Made by a program: the position numbers and the translations under genes
The notes under the pieces: generated by a model
What the model was told of the DNA's origin: nothing
The model's input: only the letters and a program-made list of their open reading frames with translations
The model's database searches: none
Assembly: GCA_963754875.1 (NCBI GenBank)
Contig: CAVWHO010000017.1
Span: 128,001 to 192,000, forward strand
Origin: Nitrospirota bacterium
GTDB taxonomy: Bacteria; Nitrospirota; UBA9217
Direction of reading: 5' to 3'
Length of the DNA: 64,000 nt
Shown here: piece after piece, positions 10,329 to 19,995 of the stretch
Layout of the letters: each line of letters begins with the position of its first letter
Position numbering within the stretch: the stretch's first letter is position 1

Positions 10329-10664
10329 ATGGAAGCAATTACGGTAAAAGGAAAGACTCTGAGATTGGATGAGAATGGTTTCTTGGCTAATCCTAACGAA
10401 TGGAACATTGATGTGGCCAACTATTTCGCTGCGGTCGAAGGAATCGAGATGACCGAGCCTCGCTGGGAGGTAGTGGATTTCCTTCGCGAATATTACACGC
10501 AGTATAAGATCGCCCCTAAGATCAAGATCCTAGTTAATGAAATCGGAAATAAACCCTGCTCCGTAAAGGTCAATGCGAAGTACCTCTACAAGCTCTATCC
10601 GTGCGGCCCGGCCACGCAGGCATGTAAGATTGCCGGCTTTCCCAAATCAACCGGCTGCATATAA
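10329..10664 (+). CDS. dsrC: TusE/DsrC/DsvC-family sulfur relay protein with both C-terminal Cys
   Basis: LDENGFL, WEVVDFLREYY, C-terminal ACKIAGFPKSTGCI (CX10C). Confidence 0.85.
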   Translation: MEAITVKGKTLRLDENGFLANPNEWNIDVANYFAAVEGIEMTEPRWEVVDFLREYYTQYKIAPKIKILVNEIGNKPCSVKVNAKYLYKLYPCGPATQACKIAGFPKSTGCI

Positions 10665-10959
10665 AAACGATGCTTGGTCTCATTTGTGAAGGCTCGCTGT
10701 AGAGATATAGAGTTTCGTATAATATTATGAAAAGCGATTAATTGACATTGAAGTATGCGTTACACCATTAATCTCGTAACAGCATTTTTTAAAATCCCAT
10801 GTCAATATCATTACTGTCATTGACTAAGGTTGCGCATTTGTGCTACAACAAGCATGCATTTTTGTATAACTTGCCTTACCTCACTTTTTTAGCTTGAAAT
10901 TCTGAATACGTACGAGAGAAATATTTGCATACATACTAGACTGTTATGGAGGGATAGTC

Positions 10960-11307
10960 GTGATTAAGGTTTTTTTAACAAATAGTGAACAGATAGAGTT
11001 TGAATTAGGTGATGAGAAAAAAGAAATTGATCTTGTTACTCGCTTTCACCATGGGCTTGATGGCAATACTGTATTAAATTTAAAAACAAACAATAAAGAA
11101 ACGCATTCTCGCATAAAGGTATCAGAAATAAAAAACATGCAGCACTTGAAAAATAAAAAAACCGGACCTGATTTAAATAGTCCGTTTCATGCTCCCCATG
11201 ATTCTAAATTCAAAACGCGTGATGAATATGAAAAATGGAAAAGGCAGAAGATTAGTGAGAGCAAACTTAATTCCACAAAAGACAGGACAACAAAAAGTCG
11301 CCCCTGA
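10960..11307 (+). CDS. Hypothetical protein
   Basis: GGAGG RBS, 115-aa ORF, no recognised motif. Confidence 0.5.
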   Translation: MIKVFLTNSEQIEFELGDEKKEIDLVTRFHHGLDGNTVLNLKTNNKETHSRIKVSEIKNMQHLKNKKTGPDLNSPFHAPHDSKFKTRDEYEKWKRQKISESKLNSTKDRTTKSRP

Positions 11308-11648
11308 TACGCTCAACACTCACCTGTTAAGGTATGCGGAGCGAAAGTTACAGCGCATGATTTTACAGGCATCATTCTGCATCTCTTCTTGTCAACCGGC
11401 GTCGCAAGATTGTAGGTGCTGATCGTATCGGTAGGATCATCGATGCTTGAAGATTCCTTGTTAAAGTTTTCAGTCCGGCGTTCTTGCTGTATTTGATGAG
11501 AGTGGCATTATTTTAAACTTATTGAGTTACAAAGTGAAATCACCAGCCGTCTACCCTGTAAAATGCCACTTACCCTCTATACGACTACCTTACAGTGAAC
11601 TCGGGAGGCATGTTGATTGCTCAGTAGAAAAAGGAAGAGGAGGCACCC

Positions 11649-12002
11649 ATGACCACGAACATTAAAGATAGAAGAAATGGCATAAGAATAAGATTGGAAA
11701 AAGAATTTCCCGTTGGGGTCAGGACTGGTGGACCCACCGGGGTGTCAAAACTGGCATACGCGATCGACCTCTCCCGCGGCGGTATGAAGATTGTGAGCCC
11801 GGTGCTTTATCTGTCTTTAGGAGAACAGGTTGAACTTCTGGTTGATAGAGACGAGAGGAAAATGGTGTTCCCCGGGCGTGTTTCGCGGAAAGAGGGCACT
11901 CATTATATTGAACGAATAAGCCAAAATGGAAATGGTTATTTTATCCGGGTCGAAGATATTGGGTTTGCTGGATTTATGTCTCACTATTATTTTATTAGCT
12001 AA
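11649..12002 (+). CDS. PilZ-domain protein
   Basis: DRRNGIR (RxxxR) and DLSRGG (DxSxxG) motifs. Confidence 0.8.
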   Translation: MTTNIKDRRNGIRIRLEKEFPVGVRTGGPTGVSKLAYAIDLSRGGMKIVSPVLYLSLGEQVELLVDRDERKMVFPGRVSRKEGTHYIERISQNGNGYFIRVEDIGFAGFMSHYYFIS

Positions 12003-13586
12003 AGTCCATATCGATCAAAAAAAGAATATTCCGCGCGTTCGCATGTAAGATACAAAACGAAATTGTTATTTTTTCAGCTTCTATGCAAACCAATGTTTGT
12101 AGGTGTTATGTGGAGCTCCACATAACACCTATTATGGTGCGCCCGGCAGGGCGCGCTCACTTGGAGGTGTAAGTCCTCTACGGACCCTGATGACGGGAAC
12201 CGTTAGCCGAACCGCAAGGGCTGCCGCCGCGAGGCGGGGTCTGAAGGAAGCGGAACGCAAATCCCCGGCCCGAAGTACATGAAGCGCATACGAGGCAGCC
12301 GCGTCTGGGCGAGAAGGCCATAATATTCAAAGCCCGATAGTCATTCGGAAGACGTGGAAGTAGATGCGACGGGTATATGGGGAGAAAGTGGGTGCGCAAT
12401 ACCCGGGGAGGTCTGCAAGCTTGCTATGGCTACCACCGTCAAGAGACGGCGGGATGAGCTTGCAGAAGTCAGCCGAGGGCATACTAGTCGCTGCGCACAG
12501 CGATGAAGGCCCGAACATGGAAGGACGGAGGGGTGCCGAAACCTCGATGGACGAAGCAGACGCGCGAAGGAAGGCTGAGATGCCAGAGGACTCCCGGAAG
12601 GTAGCGGGCGGAACCCGTAAGAATACGGCGAGGGAGCGTCAAGCGTCCGCGGCGGCAGAGGAGAACGCCCAGCCGGAAGCGACGAATCTCTTAGAGGAGG
12701 TATTGCGCCGTGAGAACCTGATAGCAGCCTTACATCGCGTCCAGTCGAACAAAGGAGCGCCGGGAGTAGACGGCATGACCGTTCTTGAACTCACGCCCTA
12801 CCTTAAGACGAACTGGCCGCGCATCCGGGAAGAGTTGCTGAGCGGACAGTACGACCCTGCGGCCGTCCTTCGGGTAGAAATCCCGAAGCCGGACGGAAAG
12901 GGAATGCGACTGCTCGGAATCCCCACCGTGCTCGATCGGTTCATCGAACAAGCAATATTGCAGGTACTCACCCCTATCTTCGATCCACAATTTAGCGAAA
13001 GCAGCTATGGTTTCCGCCGTGGACGGGGCTGTCACGGCGCAGTAAAAGCAGCTCGCGCCCATGTGGAAGCAGGCTACCGCTTTGTGGTGGACATGGACTT
13101 GGAAAAGTTCTTTGACCGCGTCAACCACGACGTACTTATGGTGCGGGTGGCCAGACGGGTCAAAGACAAGAGACTCCTCCGACTCATAGGCCGCTATTTG
13201 AGGGCAGGCATCATGATCGGAGGGATCGTTCAAGCCCACGAAGAAGGGACGCCACAAGGTAGCCCACTCTCGCCGCTTTTGTCTAATATCATCTTGGATG
13301 ATCTGGACAAGGAACTAGAGCGAAGAGGCCACCACTTCTGCCGGTACGCCGATGACTGTAATATCTACGTCAAGTCGAAGGCAGCCGGAGAACATGTTAG
13401 CGCCGGTCATGCCTGGACCCACCCGCGGCCAGATTTCGGACCCACTCACCGATTTTTGATCTACTGAGCAAACACCGGTTACCAGACCCACCCTCTTATC
13501 TTTCTATCTCCTCCCTTTCTATTTCTCATCGACAAGCGCATCATGTCTGTCCATATGTTCCTCATTGATCTCAAAGCGGAGGAAGT

Positions 13587-14003
13587 ATGGAGAAGACGTG
13601 CGCGTGCTGCAGCAAGACATTCATCCCATTGCCTACGGTACGCAACCAGCTGTACTGTTCGGAGACACAGTGTCAGAAGGCCAGGAAGAAACGATGGCAG
13701 AAGCGGAAGCTGATGACCGACGAAGCCTATCGAGAAAATCAAAGCGATGCCCGGAAAGCATGGGTCAAGAAGAACAGCGACTACTGGAAACGGTATCGGG
13801 AAAAGAATCCAGCCTACACAGAGCGCAATCGTCTTCTCCAAAGGGAGCGCAACCGGAGGAAGAGAGGGGCTCCAGTGATTGCAAAGATGGACGAGTTAAC
13901 CCCGCGAAAAACAATAGTTCCCGGACGATACAGGCTGGTTCCTGTGATTGCAAATATGGACGAGCTGATTGTGGAAATAGGCGTCATATCAGGGGTTTCG
14001 TAG
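13587..14003 (+). CDS. IS passenger protein with Cys-rich N-terminus
   Basis: CACC..YCSETQC, basic helix, repeated IA(K/N)MDEL. Confidence 0.65.
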   Translation: MEKTCACCSKTFIPLPTVRNQLYCSETQCQKARKKRWQKRKLMTDEAYRENQSDARKAWVKKNSDYWKRYREKNPAYTERNRLLQRERNRRKRGAPVIAKMDELTPRKTIVPGRYRLVPVIANMDELIVEIGVISGVS

Positions 14004-14100
14004 AGCAGCCGGTAAGCTCCTGATTGCAAAGAGATGACTTGATGGCTTTTCGTCATGCTGCCTGTTATGCTGGCCGTGCTTTTTAAGAGGAAGATCTCGT

Positions 14101-14973
14101 ATGCATGAAGCATTTCCCATAGAAGACCTTGCGGTATCGGCGATCGGCCGGAAGTACGCGGAACTTCGCATCGTAAAACCCCGGGCGGACAGGGTCATGG
14201 AGAAATCGATACGACAGTACGGCCAGATGCTTCCGACGATATGCGTCAGGTCCGGATTGGGCTACGAGATGATCGACGGGTTCAAGAGACTCAGGGCCTG
14301 CCAGCGGCTGGGAAGAACAACGCTTTCAGCGCGGATCCGGGAGGAGATGCCGGAACGCGTGTGCAAGGCCGCCGTTGTCCAGTTGAACCAGACGAGCATG
14401 TCCATAAGCGATCTGGAGGAGGCCATGGTGATTCAGTCCCTATATCGTAAGGACGGGATGAATCAGCCAGAGATCGCAGTTTTGTTCGGACGGGACAAGA
14501 GCTGGGTAAGCCGTCGGCTGTCCCTGATTGAGAGGCTTTCGGAAGAGGTTCGGAAGAACATTATGCTGGGACTGGTTTCGGTTGTAACGGGGAGGGAGTT
14601 GGCGCGGTTGCCGCGCGGCAACCAGGATGAAGCCTTGGCCGCTGTCGTCAAGCACTGGCTCAGCACCAGAGACGTGGCGAAGCTGACAAGCCATCTGTTG
14701 TCCCGCCCGTCATGGGAGTATGCGGTGATTCTCAAGAACCCCTGGGAGGTGCTGGATCTTGAGTCGAAACCATCGTCGTTCGATTTAAAAACGAGACTCC
14801 TGTCCATGCGGAAAAGCTGCCGGGCGGTATCAGATATCGCATCTACCTGTGGACGGCAGGAAGCGGAAAGACAGTCGGTCCTGATAGAGGGCGCCATCGC
14901 CGAGGCTCTTACGGCAGTAGAAAACTTAAGAGGCCTTATCCGCGCAAATGAGCAGGGAGTCAAGCAGTGTTGA
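14101..14973 (+). CDS. ParB/Spo0J-like protein (ParB N-domain + HTH)
   Basis: SIRQYGQ..P, IDGFKRLRA, EIAVLFGRDKSWVSRRL. Confidence 0.85.
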   Translation: MHEAFPIEDLAVSAIGRKYAELRIVKPRADRVMEKSIRQYGQMLPTICVRSGLGYEMIDGFKRLRACQRLGRTTLSARIREEMPERVCKAAVVQLNQTSMSISDLEEAMVIQSLYRKDGMNQPEIAVLFGRDKSWVSRRLSLIERLSEEVRKNIMLGLVSVVTGRELARLPRGNQDEALAAVVKHWLSTRDVAKLTSHLLSRPSWEYAVILKNPWEVLDLESKPSSFDLKTRLLSMRKSCRAVSDIASTCGRQEAERQSVLIEGAIAEALTAVENLRGLIRANEQGVKQC

Positions 14974-16574
14974 TTAGGAGCCGCAAAGAACTGGAACATA
15001 AAGTGATCATCATGCATGCCGAAGGCTCGAGTATCCGCGAGCTCTCCCGGCGTTTCCATTTGGGTCGTAACACCATCCGAAGAATCCTCCGGGACCATAC
15101 GAGCCGTCGTGATCAAGGGCATGATATCCTGACAAAGCCCCCTGTTCGGACGAGCAAGCTGGATGTCTATGCTCCACTGATTAAAGAAACGCTTGAGAAA
15201 TACCCGACCATCACGGGCCTGCGGGTCTATGAAAAACTTAAGGACGCCGGCTATGCTGGCGGCATCACCATCGTGCGGGAACAGCTCAGGAAGCTGGGAG
15301 CAGTGAAAAGGGATCCGGTAATCCGGTTCGAAACGGGTCCAGCGCAGCAATCGCAAATGGATTGGAGCCCCTACACGATCCACTTCACGCGCACGGGCAA
15401 GATGACGGTCTTGTGCTTCTCCTATATCCTGGGCTACTCCCGGAGACAGTATATCGACTTCACCCTTCGTCGTGACTTCCACACTCTTATCCGTCGGCAT
15501 CAAGATGCCTTTCAGTACTATGGCGGGGTTGCAAGGGAGTGTCTTTACGATAACGAGAAGACCGTTGTGCTTCGGTGGGAAGCAGGACGACCGATCTTTA
15601 ACCCGGCGTTCGCGGATTTTATAACGTTCTATCGCTGCAAACCAATAGCCTGTCGACCGAGGACGCCCCAAACAAAAGGAAAAATAGAATCCCCTTTTAA
15701 ATATGTGGAATCCAACTTGCTGGGTGGAAGAGATTTCCAGGATATCGAAGACCTTCGTGCTACCGCCAGATGGTGGCTCAAGGAGAAGTCCGATCTGCAT
15801 ATCCATGACACCACCCGACGAGCGCCGATCGAGCTGTTTCAGGAAGAGAAGCAGAAGCTTCAGCCCCTCCCTCTTCATCCTTACGATACCTCCGAGGTTG
15901 CACTACGGGTCTGTGAAGGAGACGGCTTCATAGAGTTTGAAGTGAACTGGTACTCCGTGCCGCCCAAAAACATAGCCGACATCGTAACGCCTAAAGCGAC
16001 GGAACGGGAAGTGTTGATTTACAGTCCGGAGCTGGAGCTGATTGCCCGGCACGAAAGGCAGCCCGCGGGGAGCCGCAAGCGGATGGAGAACCCGGAGCAT
16101 TTTGTGACAAAGAAAATCCGCTATGGTCTGGAGCCTGTACGAGAGGCGTTTATCGCGCTGGGAGACGGCGCTGAAAGCTTCCTCGCAGGGCTTACAAACA
16201 AACAGCCACGGAACTGCGGGTTCCATGCCCGGTTCATCCTGCGGCTTAGAGAAGAGTATCAAAGCGAGGACATTAATAACGCCCTAAAGCACGCGGAGCG
16301 GTACCAGGCATACGAGGGTGGAGCCGTGGAGCGGATTTTAAAAGCCATGGCCACCCCCCGTACCCTGGAGTCTATCCGCAATGAGCATGCGCGTCAGGAA
16401 CTAGGGAAGACCCTGCCCAGAATCACCCAGCGGTCGTTGGATGAATACCAATCCTTGATGGGAGAAGAAAAAAACCACCATGAACAAAAAAACGACGGTG
16501 CCGGACGAGACGGTGACGAACATCAAGAAACATCTTGCGACTCTGAAGCTGACGGGAATACAGAAGGTACTTGA
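14967..16574 (+). CDS. istA: IS21 transposase IstA
   Basis: RFETGPAQQSQMDW, YDNEK, PQTKGKIE. Confidence 0.93.
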   Translation: MLIRSRKELEHKVIIMHAEGSSIRELSRRFHLGRNTIRRILRDHTSRRDQGHDILTKPPVRTSKLDVYAPLIKETLEKYPTITGLRVYEKLKDAGYAGGITIVREQLRKLGAVKRDPVIRFETGPAQQSQMDWSPYTIHFTRTGKMTVLCFSYILGYSRRQYIDFTLRRDFHTLIRRHQDAFQYYGGVARECLYDNEKTVVLRWEAGRPIFNPAFADFITFYRCKPIACRPRTPQTKGKIESPFKYVESNLLGGRDFQDIEDLRATARWWLKEKSDLHIHDTTRRAPIELFQEEKQKLQPLPLHPYDTSEVALRVCEGDGFIEFEVNWYSVPPKNIADIVTPKATEREVLIYSPELELIARHERQPAGSRKRMENPEHFVTKKIRYGLEPVREAFIALGDGAESFLAGLTNKQPRNCGFHARFILRLREEYQSEDINNALKHAERYQAYEGGAVERILKAMATPRTLESIRNEHARQELGKTLPRITQRSLDEYQSLMGEEKNHHEQKNDGAGRDGDEHQETSCDSEADGNTEGT

Positions 16575-17286
16575 CGATGAACTGACCAAGGCAACGGCGA
16601 AGCATCTGCCTCCCACCGAACTCCTGGAGCGGGTGCTCTCGGTAGAAGCCCATGCCCGTGTCGAACGAAGGATCGAACGGAGGATCAGGGAAGCAAAGCT
16701 CTCGGAACGAAAGCTTCTTGCCGACTTCGACTTCGTCTTCCAGACCGGCGTGGACAAGGCGCAGATCATGGAGCTGGCCAAGCTGGACTTCGTGGGCCGC
16801 AGGCAGGGGCTGGTTATGGCGGGCAACTCGGGAACTGGCAAGAGCCATCTTGCCAAGGCGCTTCTTCTCATCGGTTGCACCAAGCTCTATCGCTGCCGCT
16901 ACACCACCGCGGCCGACATGCTGGTCGACCTTATGTCCGGCCTCGCCGACAACAGCCTTCCGAAGCGGCTCAAAGAGTATACCGTTCCTGATATCCTTTT
17001 TATCGATGAACTGGGGTTCGATCGTCTTGAGCAGTATGATGCCAGGAACGCATCCCTCTTCTTCAAGGTCATCGACGGCCGGTACTGCAAGGGATCCACG
17101 CTCATCACTACGAATATCGATTTTAAAGAACTCGGAGATTACCTGGGCGACCCCGTGGTCACAACTGCTATCGTGGACCGCATGGTGCACCACTCCGTCA
17201 TCATCAATATCAAGGGGCCGAGCTACCGTATGCACGAATCAAAGAAGCTCAACTCAAAAGTAAAGAAACCCTCCGAATCAAAGTAA
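16480..17286 (+). CDS. istB: IS21 helper ATPase IstB
   Basis: GNSGTGKSHLA, IDELG, AIVDRMVHH, GPSYR. Confidence 0.95.
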   Translation: MNKKTTVPDETVTNIKKHLATLKLTGIQKVLDDELTKATAKHLPPTELLERVLSVEAHARVERRIERRIREAKLSERKLLADFDFVFQTGVDKAQIMELAKLDFVGRRQGLVMAGNSGTGKSHLAKALLLIGCTKLYRCRYTTAADMLVDLMSGLADNSLPKRLKEYTVPDILFIDELGFDRLEQYDARNASLFFKVIDGRYCKGSTLITTNIDFKELGDYLGDPVVTTAIVDRMVHHSVIINIKGPSYRMHESKKLNSKVKKPSESK

Positions 17287-18720
17287 AACCCTCAAACGCA
17301 ATCCGTCCGTTCTTCCTCTACATGCACCAACACACAACCCTCTGCGCTCAATCTTTACGCTCTAATGCTCATAAAAAAATCCAACTTCACAAGAAATATC
17401 TCTGACAAAAGGTAGAATCGAAATCTAGACGGGTCTTCAAACCGGCGCGGATCCTATCGGTTAATCAAAATCACGCAACTTCAAGTGGGTCCAGCAAAAC
17501 CGCTGAGGTGGGTCCGTTTCAAGCCGGTGGTAGCAGAGAACAGGTGATGCAGTCAATCACCCGGTTTCTTGCAAAGAAGCTACGCTTGACGGTTAACAAA
17601 GAAAAGAGCGCGGTAGACCGTCCTTGGAACCGCAAGTTCCTCGGTTACACCATGACATTGCATCGTAGCCCGAAACTCAAGGTGTCGCCGAAAAGCATCA
17701 AGAGAGCCAAGGCGCGTGTTAAGGAGATCACCCGAAAGGGACGGGGACGCTCACTGCCGAAGGTGATTGCCGAACTTACGAAGTACCTTCGGGGATGGGT
17801 AAATTACTTCCGGCTGTCCCAAGTGAAGATCGCTTTCGAGGAACTGGATCAATGGATACGGCGGAAACTGCGCTGTGTCCTCTGGCGACAATGGAAGAAG
17901 CCGCGAACCAGAGCCAAGAAACTTATCCAGCTAGGGATAGAAAAGGTAAGAGCTTTTGCCTCAGCCTACAATGGCCGGGGTCCATGGTGGAACGCCGGCG
18001 CGTCACATATGAACGCTGCGGTAACCGCCAAAGGGCTACAACAACAGGGACTCATGAGTCTTCTCACAGAGCATCGACGCTTTACAGACCTTGCGTGAAC
18101 CGCCGTATGCCGAACGGCACGTACGTGTGGTGTGAGAGGCTGGGGCCGGAAGGCCCCCGCCTACTCGATTGAAGTTCCCCGTTATGTGAATCGTTTGCAT
18201 TAAATCCTTTATTAGTGCCTATTCTGCGAGAATTTACTCCACATAATAATGCCGCTGTCTTCGATATCCTCTTCATTGGAACCAATCAAATGAGGAGGTG
18301 CATATGGTCACGTCACAAGAGGAATGGAATTTGAATTGCACTGAATACTGTGCGATTTAAGCAGTCCCGTGAGTGTCTTTCTTCTTTTGAACCCGCTTAC
18401 ACGGTGACAATCTAAAATACCTGATCAAACAAAGAAACAACATTGTATACTGCTTTGATTCGTCGTAAGAGCCTCCGTTATGTGAAGTAAATTGTTAGAA
18501 AACCGCTGAATTTCCTTTGCTCACGACATTTGCTTCACATAACGGGGAACTTCACATAATAGGTGAACTTGAGAAAATCCAGTGTGCTAAAAAATATCAA
18601 AAAAGGCAAAATAGACGTAATTGATACAATCAATACATGATGGATAACACCTCGATTATCAAAGCAAAACGGGAAACCAGGCTTTAATCAAGGGTCTCTA
18701 AAAAATGGCTTGTTGTCGCG

Positions 18721-18762
18721 CATAACCCGAAGGTCGTCTGTTCAAATCCGGCCCCCGTGCCA
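18721..18762 (+). repeat. 3' half of tRNA-fMet (att-like scar 2)
   Basis: CATAACCCGAAGGTCGTCTGTTCAAATCCGGCCCCCG with CAT anticodon and T-arm; no D-arm upstream. Confidence 0.85.
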
Positions 18763-18770
18763 ATCAATAC

Positions 18771-18800
18771 AAAGGGTTACAGCACATGCTGTAACCCTTT
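18771..18800 (+). terminator. Perfect hairpin after scar 2
   Basis: AAAGGGTTACAGCA-CA-TGCTGTAACCCTTT. Confidence 0.7.
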
Positions 18801-18871
18801 GCTATCCCAGTGGGCCGGTAATGGGCCGGTCTCCTCAATGCTGTCCCCGCTACCTAAAATGGGAGATCGTC

Positions 18872-19168
18872 ATGAACCAAAAAGACAAGCCGATTGTCTC
18901 GATGACGAAGGAAGAACGAGAAGAATTTTGGGATGATGTTTATGTAAAAGAAGAGGGCATCAGCACTGAATTTAATTTGGACACTCATACAGGCAAAGTT
19001 CGTTCACTCCTGGACAATGCTAAGTATAAAATAGATGGTCGGGAACTCGTACGAACGAAAATTGAACTCCATGCCGGTGACAAAATTCTGTTTGCTCCGA
19101 TAGCAGATCCCGACGGAGATGATTACGCCAGGATCATCGGCTTGAAGGGCACTTCGTGCGGCTGTTGA
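18872..19168 (+). CDS. Small hypothetical protein; homologous remnant at about 45.8 kb
   Basis: GGGAG RBS; YKIDGRELVRTKIELHAGDKILFAPI. Confidence 0.6.
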   Translation: MNQKDKPIVSMTKEEREEFWDDVYVKEEGISTEFNLDTHTGKVRSLLDNAKYKIDGRELVRTKIELHAGDKILFAPIADPDGDDYARIIGLKGTSCGC

Positions 19169-19329
19169 ACTGCGGCATATTATTTCCGGGAATCGAGGCG
19201 GGCCCTATTTCCGTTTGCAATTCTGGCCAAGCTTTGATAAAGTAATTGTGTGTTCAGGTGTCTGTTGGCTTAGGAAGTGTCTCATGCCAAAAACCATCGA
19301 GGCTATTTACTTGTAAGGAGGGGAGAGTC

Positions 19330-19611
19330 ATGACAAAACTTATTATTGAAACCGATGATGCCTGGGCTCGTGAAAAGATCAAATTTGCCATCGATACGGA
19401 AATTCACCTCCTAAAAAAAACAGTCGAAAAGATCGACCGTAAAATAAAAGACTTTGAGAAACAATATGGGCAGCTCGACCGAGAAAATCTCTACGGTAAA
19501 GTAGACGACATGATCCTTGTTGAATGGGAGGGAGAGGCAGAGGCAGAATCTCTGCGGCGTGTTCAGGGCAGACTGAAATCGCTTGAGGAGATCAGCTTTG
19601 AGTATCGATAG
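19330..19611 (+). CDS. Putative antitoxin (TumA-like)
   Basis: KIKDFEKQYG..D...EWE pattern; overlaps the downstream toxin gene. Confidence 0.6.
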   Translation: MTKLIIETDDAWAREKIKFAIDTEIHLLKKTVEKIDRKIKDFEKQYGQLDRENLYGKVDDMILVEWEGEAEAESLRRVQGRLKSLEEISFEYR

Positions 19612-19993
19612 TTATATTGCAGATTTCGAAACTGTCATTTCAACGCATTCCTTCGTCTCTTCCTACTCGCTCACCATCGATAGAAAAACTCGTGATATTA
19701 CTTTTCTCTCGGAAACCATAGAATTCAGGAATGGAACAGTACTTGATTTTAAGGAGTTTATCGAGAGTAAAGGCACGGCGATAGAAAAATATCTTTATGG
19801 ATACAATCATCGTCTGGGCAGTACTCTCATTTTCCGCTACGACAATTCCCCGGATCCACGCGCACGCCAGATAAGAACATTCCCGCACCACAAGCATCTT
19901 CCGCCGGACAAGCTTGTCGATTCCGACAGACTGATTGACTTGCCTGCTGATCTGAAGGAGATTGAGGGCTTACATACTGAATCGGAAGAATAA
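19598..19993 (+). CDS. DUF6516/TumE-like toxin
   Basis: FRYDNSP..TFPHHKH motif. Confidence 0.75.
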   Translation: MSIDSYIADFETVISTHSFVSSYSLTIDRKTRDITFLSETIEFRNGTVLDFKEFIESKGTAIEKYLYGYNHRLGSTLIFRYDNSPDPRARQIRTFPHHKHLPPDKLVDSDRLIDLPADLKEIEGLHTESEE

Positions 19994-19995
19994 AA

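Larger units (their letters stand above)
13395..17535 (+). mobile_element. IS21-family element with two passenger genes
   Basis: TG...CA ends, imperfect IRs with repeated GGACCCAC, 7-bp TSD GAGAACA (13388-13394 and 17536-17542). Confidence 0.93.
12517..18098 (+). pseudogene. ltrA: Intron-encoded reverse transcriptase/maturase split by IS21 (about 12517-13394 and 17543-18098)
   Basis: GTPQGSPLSP, RYADD, domain X LRGWVNYF; removing the IS and one TSD restores KSKAAGEQVMQSITRFL. Confidence 0.92.
12137..18169 (+). mobile_element. Group II intron, class C (IIC), interrupted by IS21
   Basis: 5' GTGCGCCCGGC; short domain V GAACCGCCGTATGCCGAACGGCACGTACG; 3' end CCTACTCGAT; inserted 5 nt after a hairpin. 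Confidence 0.92.
12100..18565. mobile_element. Gene-less element with tyrosine-recombinase-type (dif/RIT-like) symmetric ends, interrupted by the intron
   Basis: TAGGTG direct repeat at 12100 and 18560; 32-bp inverted repeat CACCTATTATGTGAAGTTCCCCGTTATGTGAA restored when the intron is removed; mirrored internal sites. Confidence 0.6.

Noticed and set aside
14463..15878. 471-aa minus-strand ORF in IS21
   Set aside because: Antisense to parB-like/istA, with no motifs
18700..18765. Intact tRNA-Met gene
   Set aside because: 5' acceptor strand and D-arm are absent; treated as a scar
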